This document shows positions 1-11,488 of a stretch of 64,000 nucleotides of DNA, one piece after another (position 1 is the first letter of the stretch; every line of letters starts with the position of its first letter). The notes under the pieces are model-generated. The model had not been told where the DNA came from, made no database searches, and worked only from the letters and a program-made list of their open reading frames with translations. This DNA is from the human T2T-CHM13v2.0 reference genome, Homo sapiens. The stretch is taken from assembly GCF_009914755.1 (NCBI RefSeq), contig NC_060933.1, one strand, 5' to 3'. Both the position numbers and the translations under genes were made by a program.

Positions 1-230
1 GCATAAAATATATGCAGATACAAGACTTTTATCATTTACTACTATAAACATAAATCTATTATAAAAAGTTAAAATTTGTCACAACATATGCACACAAACA
101 TGGATGTAACCAAATATAAAGGTGCAGTATTAAATCATAAATGCATAAAATTAGCTGTAGTATATCCTATGCTATAATAATTTTTTAGCCATCTCCTTTT
201 GCTATTATGGTGAGGCCAAGTGCTGCGAGA
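1..230. mobile_element. Probable TcMar-Tigger DNA transposon remnant (partial)
   Basis: aaatcataaatgcataaaattagctgtag...gctattatggtgaggccaagtgctgcgag resembles Tigger-family internal sequence as I recall it. Confidence 0.35.
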
Positions 231-801
231 AACAGGTTACATTTAGAGTCAGATTACTTCATTGCAAATATAGGCAAAAACTCTTATCTTTTGTTTTCAA
301 ATACTCTACCCATGGGTGAATACCAAGTGTTTTCCATTGTAAAAATAATAACAACAACAACCATGATAACGTGATTATTATGATAATAATGCCACCCTTT
401 GTGCTACAGTTGGCATTTGACATATTTTGAGTTATTTTCAGCCTCATTCAGTCCTTCCCATTTTGCCATCAGTGCAAATCTAATTTGACTTTTTCTAAAA
501 CAGGTAAGTCAACATGGGAAGGGCTGGAACACACTTACTCACCAGTGATTTGTAGTTAAGCACATTGCTCTACAGTATTTATTGATCAGACTTTGAAAGC
601 TACTTATGCAGATATTTAGAATGTGTCACAGCCCTAGACACTGGGTGCAGCTTTTATTCTGGCCACTTGCTCTGATGTACTGCCCTCTGCTATAGGCATT
701 GAAGAGTATTTTTCTAACATGTTTGTCTTTCTGTATTTTTCTGGTGCTCTGTAAGATTTTATAAAGTGCTGTTCTTGTGGAGTAAAGAAATATACATTTT
801 A

Positions 802-1105
<304 letters not shown>

Positions 1106-1737
1106 AAAGAAATATACATTTTAAAGACTTGACTCTCTAGGGGTATTTTATGAGAAGATCTGACTAGGGATTTTCTTTTATATCCATGTAATGCCAGTAT
1201 ATTGCTTGGTACTTTATAGCTGCTCTGTAAATGTTAATTGTAATAAATTCTTGAACCCAGAATTTAATTCAATGAAGTTCAGTTAAACTTTTATTGAGCC
1301 ATGTACTATGTTAGATGAAGAAAGTAAAAATATTGGCAAAGTAGTTTCTGGACTGTGAATTCCTCTCATAACTAGAAGATAATCTCATACACATAAACCT
1401 GTTTTAGTATTGGAGCTTTTACCGTAGCAGTAGAGACACGGAAGAAGTAATGTGGGAAGGAGGGAACAGTGTAATTATTTCTGGTAGGGATAGGGAGGGT
1501 TACAAAATGAGGGTGGTTGTCTGGCCGTGGGATCTGATCTAGTCTTTGAGGCTTGAGGAGGATTATAAGGCAACTTCCCTTATCCTGGCTCTCTCAGGAT
1601 GTATTTGAAAGACAAAGTAGGTTTGGTTTCCGGCCTTAATATCACAGATTCTGTGGAATGTTTATTTCTTTTGTACTCAGGGTGATTGTTTTCCCTGGTT
1701 CCCATGCTCATGGTATTTTCCTGCCTTCTCCCTTAAG

Positions 1738-1919
1738 AATTGCCTGAGGTTCTGTCCATTGAGGAGGAAGTGGAAGAAACAGAGTCTTGGGCGAAACCTC
1801 TCATCCACCTTTGGCAGACGAAGTCCCCTAACTTCGCAGCTGAGCAAGAGTATAATGCAACAGTGGCCAGGATGAAGCCACACTGTGCCATCTGCACTCT
1901 GCTCATGCCGTACCACAAG
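1738..1919 (+). CDS. KDM4C: KDM4C coding exon (~exon 13), 182 nt, phase 1 to 0; includes HCAIC, the first Cys pair of PHD1
   Basis: Acceptor ctcccttaag|AA, donor AAG|gtaaag; translates [60 protein letters not shown]. Confidence 0.95.
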
Positions 1920-2115
1920 GTAAAGGAGCCTGCTATCATAGTTCCCTTCACTGCTCTGCCTTCCATGTGACCACATACCACAAGATCACTGTAAATTGTT
2001 GTGGGCTTCCTTTGCACATAAGAAGGAAGACGTCCTTAGGTAGCTGATGGCTTTCATAGAACCACAAACAGTTTCTACATGATCCTTGAGAGACACTTTT
2101 CTGAAAGTACTTTAT

Positions 2116-2382
2116 CTTTTCCTTTTGAGATAGGGTCATGCTCTGTTGCCCAGGCTGAAGTGCAGTGGCACAATCATGACTCCGTGCAGGCTTGTACTCT
2201 GGCTCAGGCGATCCCTCTGCCTCAGCTTCCACAGTAGCTACGACTATAGGTGTGAGCCACCATACCTGCCTAATTTTTTAAATTTATTTTTTAATTTTTG
2301 TAGCGACTGGGTCTTACTATGTTGCCTAGGCTAGTCTTGAGCTCCTGGCCTCAAGCAATCCTTCCGCTTTGGTCTCCCAAAT
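2116..2382 (-). mobile_element. AluJ, antisense, 5' end missing
   Basis: gagatagggtc...ctatgttgcctaggctagtcttgagctcctggcctcaagcaatcc. Confidence 0.88.
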
Positions 2383-3827
2383 CTTTTTTGAGTATCTTAT
2401 TTTATTTCATGGGTGGGTTACTTTCAACTTTTCTATCTCTTTTACTAAGAAACACAGAACTTAAAGCTTACAAATAGTAGAAGCTTTCAAAGAGAGAACT
2501 TAAACTTAATCTCTGTTTTTTTTTGTTTGAAAACGTCATTCTCAAATAATAGAAATGTCAGCCCTAGGTCCAAATTTTAAGTGTCTCTTTTCACCTTCCC
2601 ATGTGGAACATGCAAAAGACACAGCCAAGACTCACTACAAACTAAATTTTCCAGTTCATCCTCATCAGCTGGCTGTGCGTGATGTTGTTTTCAGCGTCAT
2701 TCCATAGATATTATACTGATAGCACCTCAGCTAATGGAGGGTCACAGTCCTCAGCACTCAAACAGTTGAAATATTTTTAGGAATCTCGTAAGGGTGGAAC
2801 TATGTGGTTCATTTTAAGGTACAATATATTATGAAGTATATTGACATGAACATTGTGTTTTGGGTTATATTTTTATTTATAGAAACAAATATTTTATTCA
2901 AGATTATGTCTGTCTTAGAGTTCCTTATAAAAATAAACTGTTCTGTTCAGACATTTCAGAGCAAGAAAATGTGTGATATCTCACATTTTCAGACCTTTGT
3001 AACAGAGGAAATAATTTATTCCCTTCATGTTTTTTAATGTGGCACTGGTGAGTGACAAACATTATTTTTCTCTTCCTTTAGTCATTAAATTTCTGGGTTT
3101 TAACTACTTATTGATTCTTATTTCTATATTATAATCTGTATATTTCTCAATAATTAAAAAATTCAAACTAAAATAATAAGATTTGTGGAGATTTAATATA
3201 AAGTAATACAGTATAAAACATAAAGTAATATAAAATCTGTAAGGTAATTCATTACTTATACTTTCAAGTAAATACTAAACTTTTTAAAATCTTTTGGTGT
3301 GAGGTGATAATTTTGTTTGATACATTATCCTTTCTTATGTAGTGACATGTGCCAGTTCTCTCTCACTTGCTTTCAAATACTGCAAGTGATGAGGCAAAAA
3401 TTCTTAAAGCCTCTCTTAATACTGCTGCACAGATTAAAACTGGGGTCTTTGTACACTCCTTCAAGTGTAGCAAGGTATGATTCTTCAGTAAATGAAAACA
3501 GATCTGTTAACTCTAGTGCATATGAAGAAGCAAAAGAATTGATGCTTTCCACGAACTAATTTTGGAAAGACACAGTTTTAGTAGCCAGTTGCTTTCTTAT
3601 ATGAACAGACATATAGAATATTGTCCTTTTCCTGCAGATTAACATTTGGGTGGGAGTCTGAGGTGGAATATTGATTTAAAAAAAACTAGTAGTTTGGTCA
3701 AGGAGAACAACAGGAAGAACAAAAGTTAGAAGTTAGTGTCTGGAACAGGAGTTAGTGGATTTGAGTGACTAGAATGATGAGCTCTTTTCCATGTTTTTCA
3801 CTCATGTGGAAACGTTATGTTTTTCAG

Positions 3828-4041
3828 CCAGATAGCAGCAATGAAGAAAATGATGCTAGATGGGAGACAAAATTAGATGAAGTCGTTACATCGGAGGGAA
3901 AGACTAAGCCCCTCATACCAGAGATGTGTTTTATTTATAGTGAAGAAAATATAGAATATTCTCCACCCAATGCCTTCCTTGAAGAGGATGGAACAAGTCT
4001 CCTTATTTCCTGTGCAAAGTGCTGCGTACGGGTTCATGCAA
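3828..4041 (+). CDS. KDM4C: KDM4C coding exon (~exon 14), 214 nt, phase 0 to 1
   Basis: Acceptor tttttcag|CCA, donor GCA A|gtaaat; [12 protein letters not shown]...[14 protein letters not shown]. Confidence 0.96.
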
Positions 4042-4952
4042 GTAAATGGATCTATAATTCATCAATCACTGGCTTTTCAGCATTTCACATCATCTTTATT
4101 TCTCACTTTTTTGGAACCTGTCAGATCTGTTGCATGGACTATTGGCATTCTTAATGGTTATATCATTCTTTTTCATATTTCTGCTGGTAAAAGTATGAGT
4201 TGGTATATTCATCCTTTTTTCACCACTTTCATGTAGTATCCGTGGAGAGCAGGTCTGGTTTTTTTTGTTGGTTTGTTTGTTTGGGGTCCAGTTGAGGAGT
4301 CATCATGGGGTTCCTTTCACATGTTTGGATTTTACTTACTTTAAGATCTAGTTTATAAAAACTTAATTTGAAAGTCTGATACTGATTGATGACTGCTTTT
4401 CTTTGTGACTTTTAAAAGAGAAATGAATGTTCCTTTGGTTGTTCTGAGAATTGTTGTACTGAGTTAACTTTTTTTCATTCGTGAGGATAGGAATCTCTAT
4501 TGTATTCCAGGGGAGAACAGTCATTACAGTTGTTTTACCCCTGCACTGGGATAGTCTCCACACCTATCTCAATTTATTATTTTTAACAATTGGATAAGTG
4601 GTAAATATTTATTGGTCTGCCATGTAAATCCTATGAACTATGTAAAAGGGATCTCATATAATACAACTCTATTTTAAGGCATTTTAATATTCCAGATCTT
4701 ACCAAATCACACATTCTAGTAACACACTTAGGTATGGCCTGTACTTTGTCAATGTAGTTTGAATGGTTTATAATATAGATATTATCTTCTGTATTTACCT
4801 CAGAGTAATAATTCCTTTGTATTAGGGTTGAAACAGCTTCCTCATCTATCATTTATTAATTAATTAGAGACTACCTACTTCCTCAAGGGATTTAAATGCT
4901 ATCTGCCTGAAATATAATCGTAGCCATCTTCTTTTTGTATTGAAGGCAATTT

Positions 4953-4955
<3 letters not shown>

Positions 4956-4997
<42 letters not shown>
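4956..4997. repeat. (AC)21 microsatellite
   Basis: Uninterrupted dinucleotide run. Confidence 0.97.
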
Positions 4998-4999
<2 letters not shown>

Positions 5000-5896
5000 T
5001 ACATTATTATGTGTATACAATAGGTAAAGCACCAGGACACAAAATAATTGGGATATAATCTGATTCCTGAATGTAGCAGCTATGCAGTGTAGCCATACTA
5101 TTTTATACACATATGCTTTAACTCATTATTTCATGGACATGGTTAACTGTGATAGGTTTTTTCCTTGGGAAATTACATTTCTGTTATTTTGTTTTCATCT
5201 CAAATGTTACAGAAATTTTCAAAAATTACTCATTAAATCTTAACCCTCTTATACGGAGGGGTTTTTAATATTGGAAATATTAAAAATTACTCATTTAAAT
5301 ATTTCAGAATTCTCTTATCTCAAGAAGTCAGAGTGACATGTGTTCCTTGATGCCATATAATTGCTATGTATATGTGCATCATCAGCCATCACCTTAGATA
5401 GTTATTTTGGGTCAGGCGTGAACTGAATAGACAAATCGAATTGAAAATACTCCTTCATTGCTAACTCTGAATTTGCAGCATTTGCCCTATCATTGAGGTT
5501 AAAGGTAGTTAGACTTAATTTTTGAAGCAATTTTAAATTATATTAATTTAAAAATATTAGGTTAAAATGTATTTATTATATTATTTTTAACATTTCCTTA
5601 AACTTTGCCCCATGGATTGCAACTTATTTTAAGATGTCTGTGTGTGAACAAATTAGTAGACTTGACAGTTTAAAATTTTATTACCCATTCAAGATGTTCC
5701 ATAAGTATTCACTGTAACTGTTGTGTTAGTTATCAGTAAGACTCACATTCACCTTGCTTATGTTTTGTTCTATACAGTGAGAATCAAGACAGTATGGTAG
5801 GCTAGTGTCCCATTTTTATTTATTTCAGTACTGAGATCTGCAATATTTTAAAGGTGAAAAAGACCTAACGCATGGATACATACTATTATTTTATAG

Positions 5897-5973
5897 GTTG
5901 TTATGGTATTCCTTCTCATGAGATCTGTGATGGATGGCTGTGTGCCCGGTGCAAAAGAAATGCGTGGACAGCA
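5897..5973 (+). CDS. KDM4C: KDM4C coding exon (~exon 15), 77 nt, phase 1 to 0; end of PHD1
   Basis: Acceptor ttttatag|GT, donor GCA|gtaagt; (S)[25 protein letters not shown]. Too short for the ORF track, read by eye. Confidence 0.96.
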
Positions 5974-6166
5974 GTAAGTAGCTTATTTTAGTATTGCTTA
6001 ACCTTTCTTCCCACCCTACCCACTGTGGACACATTTAAGTCTAGTGAAAAGATAAGATTGCTCAGGTGCTTATATGTGCAGTTCTGCACTTCCTTGTGTT
6101 TCTAGTCTTCCCTCTCAAAAGCATCTTACCTGCTGGTTCTATATCCATTATAGAAATATTAGGTAA

Positions 6167-6469
<303 letters not shown>

Positions 6470-6770
6470 TTTTTTTTTTTTTTTTTTTTTGAGATGGAGT
6501 CTCACTCCATTGCCCAGGCTGGAATGCAGTGGCGTGAGCTCAGCTCATTGCAACCTCCGCCTCCCAGGTTAAGCAATTCTCCAGTCTCAGCCTCCTGAGT
6601 ATCTGGGACTACGGGCGCCTGCCACCATGCCTGGCTGATTTTTGTATTTTTAGTAGAGACGGGGTTTCACCTTGCTAGTCAGGCTGGTCTTGAACTCCTG
6701 ACCTCAGTTGATCCACCTGCCTCGGCCTCCCAAAATGCTAGGATTACAGCCGTGAGCCACTGTGCCCGAC
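6470..6770 (-). mobile_element. AluSx-type element, antisense
   Basis: Full dimer with T21 tail; TSD tattaggtaaattt (6157-6170, 6771-6784) brackets both tandem Alus. Confidence 0.9.
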
Positions 6771-6952
6771 TATTAGGTAAATTTCTGGTGGCAGTCCTCT
6801 ACTTAGGAAGCTGCAGGGACTGTCAATTTATCGTGTCCACATTTACATTTTCAAGGCTTCAGAATTTTTCTTCATTTTCTTGTCCATCCCTATTTTGCAA
6901 TACTTGAAAATAAGTATTTCAAGTAACAGTCAAGGTGGGGGATCCTCAGTGA

Positions 6953-7281
<329 letters not shown>

Positions 7282-8095
7282 ATCATATCTAACTTTTCAA
7301 CTAGCATGAGGTCTTTCCCCACTTACTCATCCTTACATTTATACTTTAATACATTTTAGAGTTTCTGGTCTGTACTAGGCATTGCTGTGAATTTTAGGCA
7401 GAATATTTAATAACAAATGATCCCCTATTTAGAGACAAAGAATTGACTTGACCTAAATTGTTTTTCTAAAGACCTTGTTAAAAATTTACCTTACTACTTT
7501 CCTGCAGATTTTTTTGGGGGCAGAAGAAAATAATAATAATAATAATGTTATAAAAGTTTAGCTTACTTCAAATCTTTGTTTTCCATTCTAACAATCTATG
7601 TCAACTTTGTTGCCATTTGATTAAGTTTTACCTTAATTTTTCTTAAAAATTGTCTTTCAAGAGGAATCAGAACATTCTTGAAAGTGACGAACAATCAGAC
7701 CTCAGCAGTGTATGCCTCACTCATGATCTCAGAGCAGGTGCTCAGCTCGATGATTTCAGCTGTAATAGCAGCATTTACTTTATTCCTCAATGATCTCTAA
7801 TGACAGAGAATTACACTTCCTTGCAACTGAAGTTAAAAACCTGAATGACAATATAAAGAATACGCCTTATATGATGAAAATTTTTGTCATGACTGTGTAT
7901 ATTTAGTTCTCAGTAAGTCTGAGAGTGGTGTCTTTCTGGATGATTTTATTGCTGGCATTCACTTTGGGGAGTGAAAGAAGGGATAAAAATATGGACACTC
8001 TTTATGGTCTGAATAATCTGGTATATTTAATGTTAGAGGTTTTACCTCCCATTTAAGAAGTCCCTGCATCAGTGGGCCCAGAAAGCATTTTGGTA

Positions 8096-8410
8096 CAGGT
8101 ATGCATTACTTAATGACAGGGATACATTCTGAGAAATGCATCGTTAGGCAATTTTGTCATTGTGTGAACATAATACAGTGTACTGACACAAACCTGGATG
8201 GTATAGCCTGCTACACACCTAGGCTGTACGATGTAGCCCATTGCTACTAATGTCCTGAGTAGTGTAGGCAATTTTAACACAATGGTAAGTGTTCGTGTAC
8301 CTAAACATAGAAAAGGTACAAAAGACATAACAGCCTTACAATCTTATGGGACTACTGTCATGTGTGCAGTCCATCTTTGACCAAAATGTCTTTATGTGAC
8401 ACATGACCAT
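8096..8410. mobile_element. Tigger3/MER7-type MITE
   Basis: gggatacattctgagaaatgcatcgttaggcaattttgtcattgtgtgaacat motif with degenerate TIRs. Confidence 0.8.
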
Positions 8411-9732
8411 ATTTCCTTTCATGTGATTATTATGTTAATAAATGTAAAGCATATTTAACACAGCCAGGAAGTCCTGCTTCTAATCTTGACCATACAAATA
8501 TATCAAGCTCTTATTTATTATATAGGTCCTATTCCTAGTATAATGAGCCAACATAAAGTATTGCAGAATCAGTTTGGTCAGTGATGTTATCTCCTTCGCC
8601 CTGAATCATAAATTTAGAAGTTAGAGATTATCTGATCAGCTCACCAAGGCATTAAGAGTTCTCTGTTCCATCCACAGTTACTGCCTGGCTCCTGTGCTCA
8701 CACACTGAGCAGTCCTGTTGTCCAAGGTACCATTGTCTTTGCATGGCAACCTAGGGCCAGGCCTAGGCCACTCACCCTGATTCTAAAGCTGGTTCTGATT
8801 GATTATGCTGTTTTCATGTAGCATGTTTCATACAGAAAATGCTATGATTAATCACTCTTTGGAATAGACTTAAAGCATCTTTCTATTAATTTTAACTCCT
8901 TGCCCCCTCAGAAAATACAATCTTGCTATTTGTATTTTAATATTGAAACTATGTAAATCTCTGTCAATTTACAGTTGAACTGGGAACTCTTGAATATAAC
9001 ATTACAATGATTTTTAGACCTACATAATTTATTTCTACCTGTAAGTGATCTGAATTCACAGTGGATTCCACTTGTTTTTTCAGCGTATCCATTTGAGTGT
9101 ACTTTTTCTATGAAGCTCCCTTCCTATTTCTGTTGAAAAAATAATTGAATGAAGTTTAAATATTGTAGAAAAGTAACTGACAGTATTGATATTCTGACTT
9201 TAACCCTCTGATTTAGTGTCGTGGTGAGTGTTACAATATTAATTTTTACTAAACACTTAAGTATGATTTCTTTAAATTTTGTGGCTGCAATGATTGCATT
9301 TTTAAAGTATCCTTAAAACTGACTTCTTCAGCAATCAATCTCATATCTTCAGTTTTACACTCCAGAGGAGCCCTAGCCTCCTTGTAAATAAAGGGCTCTA
9401 AAGGAGCTCATGGAAATCAAATAGTGCAGCTGAAGTCAGATGATATTTCATTGGTGGCTTGTAGTTCACTAACTCTCATTCCTAATTCCCTGGAATTTTT
9501 TTTTAAAAAACCTGCCTTGTGAAGGTAAGGTTATTCATCAGGAACGTAAAATATTCCTATAGCATGTTCAGTTTGAGACACGTGATTATACAACAAATTT
9601 AATTGTTCTGTTGGTGTTTCCTTTCATGGTAAGTGCTTTTCAACGCCTCGTGTTCATTTTTTATGAGGTATATGAGAATTGTATGTGGTGGTTCTATTTT
9701 TTAAAGATTCTCTTTAAAAAGAGAGACTATAT

Positions 9733-9835
9733 TATAAAAATATAATATTTTTATATATAAAAATATAATATTTTTATATATAAAAATATAATATTTTTAT
9801 ATATAAAAATATAATATTTTTATATATAAAAATAT
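9733..9835. repeat. Pure-AT minisatellite, 23-bp palindromic unit TATAAAAATATAATATTTTTATA x ~4.4
   Basis: A5 tracts start at 9736, 9759, 9782, 9805 and 9828 (period 23). Confidence 0.95.
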
Positions 9836-11152
9836 TTTAGAAGCAAAGACATCTTATTATTTCACCCATTCCCAGACATAAATAAATAAATTCATACTAA
9901 AATGGAGTAATTTTTTCGGCTTCAGCCTGGGCAAAACAGAAAGTGGAGGGTGTACGCATGGCTGGAGTCAATAATCATAGATCAGCTCTCTTTTTATTTT
10001 CCAATTCTAAAGAGTAGATGTCGCTCTAGACTCAAATTAGGAAGATAGAGATCATAGTGATGTGGGCTGGATCTTTATCTGTGACTTTCTGTGTCCTCAT
10101 CATTTCTAAAGATTAGCTTCAGACGTCACTCTGATTCATTGTGTTCCCATTTTCTTACTTTTCCATTCACGTCCATTAAAATAAAAACCAAAATATATAT
10201 TGCAGCTTCAATTGCATATGCTTGAGGAGAGATTAGTTACAATTTTTTATTGTACCCTAATTTGGATTCTAGAATTATGGCCCTATGCCCAACTTCAACT
10301 GAAATGAAATGATACAAAGAACTCCACAAATAACTGTCAATCCTTGGATACAGTTTATATATTTCATAATTCCAATTAGATATCATCGCTTTGAGTCCCT
10401 GCCTTACCCTATTTCAGTATTACCCAAATAAATAGACACAACTATCTGACAGCTATAGCGTTTGACTTATGGCTTATAAATCAGCTTTATTATTTCATTT
10501 TCAGCTCTGTTTGATTGAAACCCTTTTTGGTCTATTTATATAATTCTTTTTGGAGCAATTTTTCCTCCTTTGTTATATAATCATTTTAGAGCACGTTCCA
10601 AACATTACCAAATCCAGATTTTAGGTATCAAAAGTCAATACTCTTGATATTAGTATCTGTGTCTCATTATGTTGACTCTTCATGTACATCTCACTACTTT
10701 TTAAAAAATATTTTTATTTGTAATTTTTTTGGTATGTTGTAAGTGTATATATTTATGGGTTACATGAGATACTTTGATACAGACATGCAGTACATAATAA
10801 CCACATCAGGTTAAATGGGGTGTACGTCATTTCAAGCATTTATGCTTTGTGTTACAAACAATCCAGTTATACTCATTGCGTTACTTTAAAATGTACAATT
10901 AAATTATTTCTGACTGTAGTCACCTTGCTGTGTAGCAAATACTGTTTTATTCATTTTCCTTTTTTTTTTTTTTTGTACCCATTAACCATTCCCATTCCCC
11001 TCACCCCCACCACCCTTCCTAGCCTCTGGTTACCTCCTAGCCTCTGGTAACCATCCTCCTAGTCTCTGGCTTCATGTGTTCAATTAGTTTTTTCTGATTT
11101 TGTGAAGAGTGTCAATGGTTGAGCACCTTTTCATACACCTGTTTGTCATTTG

Positions 11153-11488
11153 TACATACATATATATATGTGTGTGTGTGTGTGTGTGTATATATATGTA
11201 TTTTTTTTTTTTTGAGATGGGGTCTTGCTCTGTGGCCCAGGCTGCAGTGCAGTGGCACAATCTCGGCTCACTGCAACCTCTGCCTCCCAGGTTCCAGCAA
11301 TTCTCAGCCTCCTGGGTAGCTGGGATTACAGGCGCATGCCACCATGCCCGGCTAATTTTTGTGTTTTTAGTAGAGATGGGGTTTCACCATGTTGGCCAGG
11401 CTGGTCTCGAACTCCTGACCTCAGGTGATCTGCCTTCGTCGGCCTCCCAAAGTGCTGGGATTACAGGCGTGAGCCACTGGGCCTGGCC
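11153..11488 (-). mobile_element. AluS nested in the L1, next to a (TA)n(TG)n microsatellite at its tail
   Basis: Alu dimer 11214-11488 preceded by a T-run and an alternating TA/TG tract. Confidence 0.9.

Noticed and set aside
3317-3559. 80-aa intronic ORF
   Set aside because: Non-ATG start, no recognisable domain and no convincing splice signals; length expected by chance
3765-4154. 129-aa ORF, and 1740-1970, as standalone genes
   Set aside because: These are KDM4C exons read through their splice sites into intron
7871-7922. Box C (ATGATGA) and box D (CTGA) snoRNA-like pair
   Set aside because: Only 52 nt, no terminal stem and no recognisable rRNA guide
9733-9835. CRISPR-like array of palindromic repeats
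   Set aside because: No spacers, pure AT, eukaryotic intron; it is a minisatellite
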